This document shows positions 15,801-25,272 of a DNA stretch of 64,000 bases, in pieces. The DNA is from Auanema rhodensis (lineage: Eukaryota; Animalia; Nematoda), in contig OZ059895.1 of assembly GCA_964057225.1 (NCBI GenBank), forward strand, positions 19,592,001 through 19,656,000, read 5' to 3'. The notes under the pieces are model-generated. The model had not been told where the DNA came from. It did not search any database and saw only the letters and a list, made by a program, of their open reading frames with translations. Position 1 is the first letter of the stretch, and each line of letters opens with the position of its first letter. A program made the translations under genes and the position numbers.

Positions 15801-17520
15801 TGAAGCGAGTTACATACCAAGTGCACATCACGTGTACACTTAATTAGCATAAATTAAAATTCACGTAAATTTCGAAGTCATGGTTAACATGCACCAATAT
15901 CAATAAAAATTTGTTTTTAGACTAATATGGACATGGGGAATCTAATTTTGAAAACCGCATCTCTTTATCTTTCACGTGAAGCGAGTTACATACCAAGTGC
16001 ACATCACGTGTACATTTAATTAGCATAAATTAAAGTTCACGTAAATTTCAAAGTCATGGTTACCATGCACCAATATCAATAAAAATTTGTTTTAAGACTA
16101 ATATGGACATGAGAAATCTAATTTTGAAAACCGCATCTCTTTATCTTTCACGTGAAGCGAGTTACATACCAAGTGCACATCACGTGTACATTTAATCAGC
16201 ATAAATTAAAGTTCACGTAAATTTCAAAGTCATGGTTAACATGCACCAATATCAATAAAAATTTGTTTTTAGACTAATATGGACATGGGGAATCTATTTT
16301 TGAAAACCGCATCTCTTCATCTTTCACGTGAAGCGAGTTACATACCAAGTGCACATCACGTGTACACTTAATTAGCATAAATTAAAGTTCACGTAAATTT
16401 CGAAGTCATGGTTAACATGCACCAATATCAATAAAAATTTGTTTTTAGACTAATATGGACATGGGGAATCTAATTTTGAAAACCGCATCTCTTTATCTTT
16501 CACGTGAAGCGAGTTACATACCAAGTGCACATCACGTGTACATTTAATCAGCATAAATTAAAGTTCACGTAAATTTCAAAGTCATGGTTAACATGCACCA
16601 ATATCAATAAAAATTTGTTTTTAGACTAATATGGACAAGGGGAATCTAATTTTGAAAACCGCATCTCTTTATCTCTCACGTGAAGCGAGTTACATACCAA
16701 GTGCACATCACGTGTACATTTAATTGGCATAAATTAAAGTTCACGTAAATTTCAAAGTCATGGTTACCATGCACCAATATCAATAAAAATTTGTTTTAAG
16801 ACTAATATGGACATGAGAAATCTAATTTTGAAAACCGCATCTCTTCATCTTTCACGTAAAGCGAGTTACATACCAAGTGCACATCACGTGTACATTGAAT
16901 TAGCATAAATTAAAGTTCACGTAAATTTCAAAGTCATGGTTAACATGCACCAATATCAATAAAAATTTGTTTTTAGACTAATATGGACATGGGGAATCTA
17001 TTTTTGAAAACCGCATCTCTTCATCTTTCACGTGAAGCGAGTTACATACCAAGTGCACATCACGTGTACACTTAATTAGCATAAATTAAAGTTCACGTAA
17101 ATTTCAAAGTCATGGTTACCATGCAACAATATCAATAAAAATTTGTTTTTAGACTAATATGGTCATGGGGAATCTATTTTTGAAAACCGCATCTCTTCAT
17201 CTTTCACGTGAAGCGAGTTACATACCAAGTGCACATCACGTGTACACTTAATTAGCATAAATTAAAGTTCACGTAAATTTCGAAGTCATGGTTAACATGC
17301 ACCAATATCAATAAAAATTTGTTTTTAGACTAATATGGACATGGGGAATCTAATTTTGAAAACCGCATCTCTTTATCTTTCACGTGAAGCGAGTTACATA
17401 CCAAGTGCACATCACGTGTACATTTAATCAGCATAAATTAAAGTTCACGTAAATTTCAAAGTCATGGTTAACATGCACCAATATCAATAAAAATTTGTTT
17501 TTAGACTAATATGGACATGG
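9815..17520. repeat. 4049-bp (23-monomer +1 bp) period duplication in the 176-bp array (limits approximate)
   Basis: Rare variants recur at +4049: CACGTGTAATTT 10761/14810, GGACAAGGGG 12589/16638, ATGCAACAAT 13077/17126. Confidence 0.88.
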
Positions 17521-17729
17521 GGAATCTAATTTTGAAAACCGCATCTCTTTATCTTTCACGTGAAGCGAGTTACATACCAAGTGCACATCACGTGTACATT
17601 TAATCAGCATAAATTAAAGTTCACGTAAATTTCAAAGTCATGGTTAACATGCACCAATATCAATAAAAATTTGTTTTTAGACTAATATGGACATGGGGAA
17701 TCTAATTTTGAAAACCGCATCTCTTTATC

Positions 17730-17755
17730 TTTCACGTGAAGCTAAAGTTCACGTA
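17730..17755. other. 48-bp deletion giving a truncated 128-bp monomer
   Basis: TTCACGTGAAGC|TAAAGTTCACG at 17742/17743; the segment GAGTTACATA...GCATAAAT (48 nt) is missing. Confidence 0.92.
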
Positions 17756-18449
17756 AATTTCAAAGTCATGGTTACCATGCACCAATATCAATAAAAATTT
17801 GTTTTAAGACTAATATGGACATGAGAAATCTAATTTTGAAAACCGCATCTCTTCATCTTTCACGTAAAGCGAGTTACATATCAAGTGCACATCACGTGTA
17901 CACTTAATTAGCATAAATTAAAGTTCACGTAAATTTCAAAGTCATGGTTAACATGCACCAATATCAATAAAAATTTGTTTTTAGACTAATATGGACATGG
18001 GGAATCTAATTTTGAAAACCACATCTCTTTATCTTTCACGTGAAGCGAGTTACATACCAAGTGCACATCACGTGTACATTTAATTAGCATAAATTAAAGT
18101 TCACGTAAATTTCAAAGTCATGGTTACCATGCACCAATATCAATAAAAATTTGTTTTAAGACTAATATGGACATGAGAAATCTAATTTTGAAAACCGCAT
18201 CTCTTCATCTTTCACGTAAAGCGAGTTACATATCAAGTGCACATCACGTGTACACTTAATTAGCATAAATTAAAGTTCACGTAAATTTCAAAGTCATGGT
18301 TAACATGCACCAATATCAATAAAAATTTGTTTTTAGACTAATATGGACATGGGGAATCTAATTTTGAAAACCACATCTCTTTATCTTTCACGTGAAGCGA
18401 GTTACATACCAAGTGCACATCACGTGTACATTTAATTAGCATAAATTAA

Positions 18450-21400
18450 AGTTCACGTAAATTTCAAAGTCATGGTTAACATGCACCAATATCAATAAAA
18501 ATTTTTTTTAGACTAATATGGACATGGGGAATCTAATTTTGAAAACCGCATCTCTTTCTCTTTGACGTGAAGCGAGTTACATACCAAGTGCACATCACGT
18601 GTACACTTAATTAGCATAAATTAAAGTTCACGTAAATTTCAAAGTCATGGTTAACATGCACCAATATCAATAAAAATTTGTTTTTAGACTAATATGGACA
18701 TGGGGAATCTAATTTTGAAAACCGCATCTCTTTATCTCTCACGTGAAGCGAGTTACATACCAAGTGCACATCACGTGTACATTTAATTAGCATAAATCAA
18801 AGTTCACGTAAATTTCAAAGTCATGGTTAACATGCACCAATATCAATAAAGATTTGTTTTAAGACTAATATGGACATGAGAAATCTAATTTTGAAAACCG
18901 CATCTCTTCATCTTTCATGTGAAGCGAGTTACATATCAAGTGCACATCACGTGTACACTTAATCAGCATAAATTAAAGTTCACGTAAATTTCAAAGTCAT
19001 GGTTAACATGCACCAATATCAATAAAAATTTGTTTTTAGACTAATATGGACATGGGGAATCTATTTTTGAAAACCGCATCTCTTCATCTTTCATGTGAAG
19101 CGAGTTACATATCAAGTGCACATCACGTGTACACTTAATCAGCATAAATTAAAGTTCACGTAAATTTCAAAGTCATGGTTAACATGCACCAATATCAATA
19201 AAAATTTGTTTTTAGACTAATATGGACATGGGGAATCTATTTTTGAAAACCGCATCTCTTCATCTTTCATGTGAAGCGAGTTACATATCAAGTGCACATC
19301 ACGTGTACACTTAATCAGCATAAATTAAAGTTCACGTAAATTTCAAAGTCATGGTTACCATGCACCAATATCAATAAAAATTTGTTTTAAGACTAATATG
19401 GACATGAGAAATCTAATTTTGAAAACCGCATCTCTTCATCTTTCATGTGAAGCGAGTTACATATCAAGTGCACATCACGTGTACACTTAATCAGCATAAA
19501 TTAAAGTTCACGTAAATTTCAAAGTCATGGTTAACATGCACCAATATCAATAAAAATTTGTTTTTAGACTAATATGGACATGGGGAATCTAATTTTGAAA
19601 ACTGCATCTCTTTATCTTTCACGTGAAGCGAGTTACATACCAAGTGCACATCACGTGTACACTTAATTAGCATAAATTAAAGTTCACGTAAATTTCGAAG
19701 TCATGGTTAACATGCACCAATATCAACAAAAATTTGTTTTTAGACTAATATGGACATGGGGAATCTATTTTTGAAAACCGCATCTCTTCATCTTTCACGT
19801 GAAGCGAGTTACATACCAAGTGCACATCACGTGTACATTTAATTAGCATAAATTAAAGTTCACGTAAATTTCAAAGTCATGGTTAACATGCACCAATATC
19901 AATAAAAATTTGTTTTAAGACTAATATGGACATGAGAAATCTAATTTTGAAAACCGCATCTCTTCATCTTTCATGTGAAGCGAGTTACATATCAAGTGCA
20001 CATCACGTGTACACTTAATCAGCATAAATTAAAGTTCACGTAAATTTCAAAGTCATGGTTAACATGCACCAATATCAATAAAAATTTGTTTTTAGACTAA
20101 TATGGACATGGGGAATCTAATTTTGAAAACTGCATCTCTTTATCTTTCACGTGAAGCGAGTTACATACCAAGTGCACATCACGTGTACACTTAATTAGCA
20201 TAAATTAAAGTTCACGTAAATTTCGAAGTCATGGTTAACATGCACCAATATCAACAAAAATTTGTTTTTAGACTAATATGGACATGGGGAATCTATTTTT
20301 GAAAACCGCATCTCTTCATCTTTCACGTGAAGCGAGTTACATACCAAGTGCACATCACGTGTACATTTAATTAGCATAAATTAAAGTTCACGTAAATTTC
20401 AAAGTCATGGTTAACATGCACCAATATCAATAAAAATTTTTTTTAGACTAATATGGACATGGGGAATCTAATTTTGAAAACCGCATCTCTTTCTCTTTGA
20501 CGTGAAGCGAGTTACATACCAAGTGCACATCACGTGTACACTTAATTAGCATAAATTAAAGTTCACGTAAATTTCAAAGTCATGGTTAACATGCACCAAT
20601 ATCAATAAAAATTTGTTTTTAGACTAATATGGACATGGGGAATCTAATTTTGAAAACCGCATCTCTTTATCTCTCACGTGAAGCGAGTTACATACCAAGT
20701 GCACATCACGTGTACATTTAATTAGCATAAATCAAAGTTCACGTAAATTTCAAAGTCATGGTTAACATGCACCAATATCAATAAAGATTTGTTTTAAGAC
20801 TAATATGGACATGAGAAATCTAATTTTGAAAACCGCATCTCTTCATCTTTCATGTGAAGCGAGTTACATATCAAGTGCACATCACGTGTACACTTAATCA
20901 GCATAAATTAAAGTTCACGTAAATTTCAAAGTCATGGTTAACATGCACCAATATCAATAAAAATTTGTTTTTAGACTAATATGGACATGGGGAATCTATT
21001 TTTGAAAACCGCATCTCTTCATCTTTCATGTGAAGCGAGTTACATATCAAGTGCACATCACGTGTACACTTAATCAGCATAAATTAAAGTTCACGTAAAT
21101 TTCAAAGTCATGGTTAACATGCACCAATATCAATAAAAATTTGTTTTTAGACTAATATGGACATGGGGAATCTATTTTTGAAAACCGCATCTCTTCATCT
21201 TTCATGTGAAGCGAGTTACATATCAAGTGCACATCACGTGTACACTTAATCAGCATAAATTAAAGTTCACGTAAATTTCAAAGTCATGGTTACCATGCAC
21301 CAATATCAATAAAAATTTGTTTTAAGACTAATATGGACATGGGGAATCTAATTTTGAAAACTGCATCTCTTTATCTTTCACGTGAAGCGAGTTACATACC

Positions 21401-24119
21401 AAGTGCACATCACGTGTACACTTAATTAGCATAAATTAAAGTTCACGTAAATTTCGAAGTCATGGTTAACATGCACCAATATCAACAAAAATTTGTTTTT
21501 AGACTAATATGGACATGGGGAATCTATTTTTGAAAACCGCATCTCTTCATCTTTCACGTGAAGCGAGTTACATACCAAGTGCACATCACGTGTACATTTA
21601 ATTAGCATAAATTAAAGTTCACGTAAATTTCAAAGTCATGGTTAACATGCACCAATATCAATAAAAATTTGTTTTTAGACTAATATGGACATGGGGAATC
21701 TATTTTTGAAAACCGCATCTCTTCATCTTTCATGTGAAGCGAGTTACATATCAAGTGCACATCACGTGTACACTTAATCAGCATAAATTAAAGTTCACGT
21801 AAATTTCAAAGTCATGGTTAACATGCACCAATATCAATAAAAATTTGTTTTTAGACTAATATGGACATGGGGAATCTAATTTTGAAAACTGCATCTCTTT
21901 ATCTTTCACGTGAAGCGAGTTACATACCAAGTGCACATCACGTGTACACTTAATTAGCATAAATTAAAGTTCACGTAAATTTCGAAGTCATGGTTAACAT
22001 GCACCAATATCAACAAAAATTTGTTTTTAGACTAATATGGACATGGGGAATCTATTTTTGAAAACCGCATCTCTTCATCTTTCACGTGAAGCGAGTTACA
22101 TACCAAGTGCACATCACGTGTACATTTAATTAGCATAAATTAAAGTTCACGTAAATTTCAAAGTCATGGTTAACATGCACCAATATCAATAAAAATTTTT
22201 TTTAGACTAATATGGACATGGGGAATCTAATTTTGAAAACCGCATCTCTTTCTCTTTGACGTGAAGCGAGTTACATACCAAGTGCACATCACGTGTACAC
22301 TTAATTAGCATAAATTAAAGTTCACGTAAATTTCAAAGTCATGGTTAACATGCACCAATATCAATAAAAATTTGTTTTTAGACTAATATGGACATGGGGA
22401 ATCTAATTTTGAAAACCGCATCTCTTTATCTCTCACGTGAAGCGAGTTACATACCAAGTGCACATCACGTGTACATTTAATTAGCATAAATCAAAGTTCA
22501 CGTAAATTTCAAAGTCATGGTTAACATGCACCAATATCAATAAAGATTTGTTTTAAGACTAATATGGACATGAGAAATCTAATTTTGAAAACCGCATCTC
22601 TTCATCTTTCATGTGAAGCGAGTTACATATCAAGTGCACATCACGTGTACACTTAATCAGCATAAATTAAAGTTCACGTAAATTTCAAAGTCATGGTTAA
22701 CATGCACCAATATCAATAAAAATTTGTTTTTAGACTAATATGGACATGGGGAATCTATTTTTGAAAACCGCATCTCTTCATCTTTCATGTGAAGCGAGTT
22801 ACATATCAAGTGCACATCACGTGTACACTTAATCAGCATAAATTAAAGTTCACGTAAATTTCAAAGTCATGGTTAACATGCACCAATATCAATAAAAATT
22901 TGTTTTTAGACTAATATGGACATGGGGAATCTATTTTTGAAAACCGCATCTCTTCATCTTTCATGTGAAGCGAGTTACATATCAAGTGCACATCACGTGT
23001 ACACTTAATCAGCATAAATTAAAGTTCACGTAAATTTCAAAGTCATGGTTACCATGCACCAATATCAATAAAAATTTGTTTTAAGACTAATATGGACATG
23101 AGAAATCTAATTTTGAAAACCGCATCTCTTCATCTTTCATGTGAAGCGAGTTACATATCAAGTGCACATCACGTGTACACTTAATCAGCATAAATTAAAG
23201 TTCACGTAAATTTCAAAGTCATGGTTAACATGCACCAATATCAATAAAAATTTGTTTTTAGACTAATATGGACATGGGGAATCTAATTTTGAAAACTGCA
23301 TCTCTTTATCTTTCACGTGAAGCGAGTTACATACCAAGTGCACATCACGTGTACACTTAATTAGCATAAATTAAAGTTCACGTAAATTTCGAAGTCATGG
23401 TTAACATGCACCAATATCAACAAAAATTTGTTTTTAGACTAATATGGACATGGGGAATCTATTTTTGAAAACCGCATCTCTTCATCTTTCACGTGAAGCG
23501 AGTTACATACCAAGTGCACATCACGTGTACATTTAATTAGCATAAATTAAAGTTCACGTAAATTTCAAAGTCATGGTTAACATGCACCAATATCAATAAA
23601 AATTTGTTTTAAGACTAATATGGACATGAGAAATCTAATTTTGAAAACCGCATCTCTTCATCTTTCATGTGAAGCGAGTTACATATCAAGTGCACATCAC
23701 GTGTACACTTGATCAGCATAAATTAAAGTTCACGTAAATTTCAAAGTCATGGTTAACATGCACCAATATCAATAAAAATTTGTTTTTAGACTAATATGGA
23801 CATGGGGAATCTAATTTTGAAAACTGCATCTCTTTATCTTTCACGTGAAGCGAGTTACATACCAAGTGCACATCACGTGTACACTTAATTAGCATAAATT
23901 AAAGTTCACGTAAATTTCGAAGTCATGGTTAACATGCACCAATATCAACAAAAATTTGTTTTTAGACTAATATGGACATGGGGAATCTATTTTTGAAAAC
24001 CGCATCTCTTCATCTTTCACGTGAAGCGAGTTACATACCAAGTGCACATCACGTGTACATTTAATTAGCATAAATTAAAGTTCACGTAAATTTCAAAGTC
24101 ATGGTTAACATGCACCAAT
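18450..24119. repeat. Three copies of a 10-11-monomer higher-order repeat abutting the junction
   Basis: The 1-bp deletion AAAAATTTTTTTTAG recurs at ~18501, 20436 and 22195 (spacings 1935 and 1759). Each is followed by TTCTCTTTGACG, AAATCAAAG, AAAGATTTG, CATGTG, AACTGCATC and TCAACAAAA variants in the same order. Confidence 0.88.
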
Positions 24120-24226
24120 CACAGATCGACGCAGCTTAAAAATCCGCATCGAATGCACTACACTACATTGAGAAACGCTTAATACAAAAATTAGTTATGA
24201 TCGTTTGAAAAATGATGCATTAGTGT

Positions 24227-24254
24227 ATGTTGAGTTTCCATGTACACTCAACAT
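24227..24254. repeat. Perfect 9-bp inverted repeat with 10-nt loop in the 351-bp monomer (representative copy)
   Basis: ATGTTGAGT-TTCCATGTAC-ACTCAACAT. Confidence 0.9.
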
Positions 24255-24404
24255 TGCTTCCAAAAACATTTTGACAAAAATTTTTTCGAAAAATTTTAAA
24301 ATAATTCATCAAAAAGTAGATGTTTTTAGATTCCTTTTTTTAAGGCAAAGACGATGGACAATGTTATTCAACGAAAAAATTAATTCTTCAGGGTGAAAAT
24401 CGAG

Positions 24405-24426
24405 GATATAAGTGTGAACTTATATC
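24405..24426 (+). repeat. Perfect 9-bp hairpin with GTGA loop in the 351-bp monomer (representative copy)
   Basis: GATATAAGT-GTGA-ACTTATATC. Confidence 0.9.
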
Positions 24427-24436
24427 AGTTGATATC

Positions 24437-24503
24437 TCGGTGCATTTTTAAGCTAGCGCAAATCTGATAACACAGATCGACGCAGCTTAAAAATCCGCAT
24501 CGA
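24437..24503. repeat. Imperfect inverted repeat spanning each 351-bp monomer boundary (representative copy)
   Basis: TCGGTGC-ATTTTTAAGCT-a-GCG-caa-ATCTG [ATAACA] CAGAT-cga-CGC-AGCTTAAAAAT-cc-GCATCGA: an 11-bp perfect core plus 5-, 3- and 7-bp stems (one G-T pair). Confidence 0.9.
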
Positions 24504-25256
24504 ATGCACTACACTACATTGAGAAACGCTTAATACAAAAATTAGTTATGATCGTTTGAAAAATGATGCATTAGTGTATGTTGAGTTTCCATGTACACTC
24601 AACATTGCTTCCAAAAACATTTTGACAAAAATTTTTTCGAAAAATTTTAAAATAATTCATCGAATAGTAGATGTTTTTAGATTCCTTTTTTTAAGGCAAA
24701 GACGATGGACAATGTTATTCAACGAAAAAATTAATTCTTCAGGGTGAAAATCGAGGATATAAGTGTGAACTTATATCAGTTGATATCTCGGTGCATTTTT
24801 AAGCTATCGCAAATCTGATAACACAGATCGACGCAGCTTAAAAATCCGCATCGAATGCACTATACTACATTGAGAAACGCTTTATAGAAAAATTAGTTAT
24901 GATCGTTTGAAAAATGATGCATTAGTGTATGTTGAGTTTCCATGTACACTCAACATTGCTTCCAAAAACATTTTGACAAAAATTTTTTCGAAAAATTTTA
25001 AAATAATTTATCAAAAAGTAGATGTTTTTAGATTCCTTTTTTCAAGGCAAAGACGATGGACAATGTTATTCAACGAAAAAATTAATTCTTCAGGGTGAAA
25101 ATCGAGGATATAAGTGTGAACTTATATCAGTTGATATCTCGGTGCATTTTTAAGCTAGCGCAAATCTGATAACACAGATCGACGCAGCTTAAAACTCCGC
25201 ATCGAATGCACTATACTACATTGAAAAACGCTTAATAAAAAAATTAGTTATGATCG

Positions 25257-25272
25257 TTTAAATATTTAAATA
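25257..25272. other. Inversion breakpoint with TTTAAATA-TTTAAATA duplication / 14-bp palindrome
   Basis: The forward arm ends ...GATCGTTTAAATA (25264), then TTTAAA filler (25265-25270), then the reverse monomer resumes at TACTTTTTGA (25271). 25257-25270 TTTAAATATTTAAA is self-complementary. Confidence 0.9.

Larger units (their letters stand above)
1..24119. repeat. 176-bp tandem satellite array (~137 copies, highly homogeneous, open at left window edge)
   Basis: ATTAGCATAAATTAAAGTTCACG recurs at 1, 177, 2641 (=1+15x176) and 10561 (=1+60x176). Monomers differ by only a few substitutions. Monomer is ~32% GC by hand count. The array ends at ...ATGCACCAAT (24119). Confidence 0.99.
24120..25264 (+). 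repeat. 351-bp satellite, short block (~3.3 copies) inverted relative to the main array
   Basis: CACAGATCGACGCAGC recurs every 351 bp from 24120. ORF-track copies at 24205, 24556 and 24907 are on +, while all later copies are on -. Confidence 0.98.

Noticed and set aside
24262-24341. Phased A-tracts implying strong intrinsic curvature
   Set aside because: Tract spacing is irregular (about 9-14 bp) rather than a consistent 10-11 bp; not supportable without a curvature calculation.
24405-24426. Rho-independent terminator or Helitron 3' hairpin
   Set aside because: The stem is AT-rich, with no U-tract, no appropriately placed CTRR end and no gene context.
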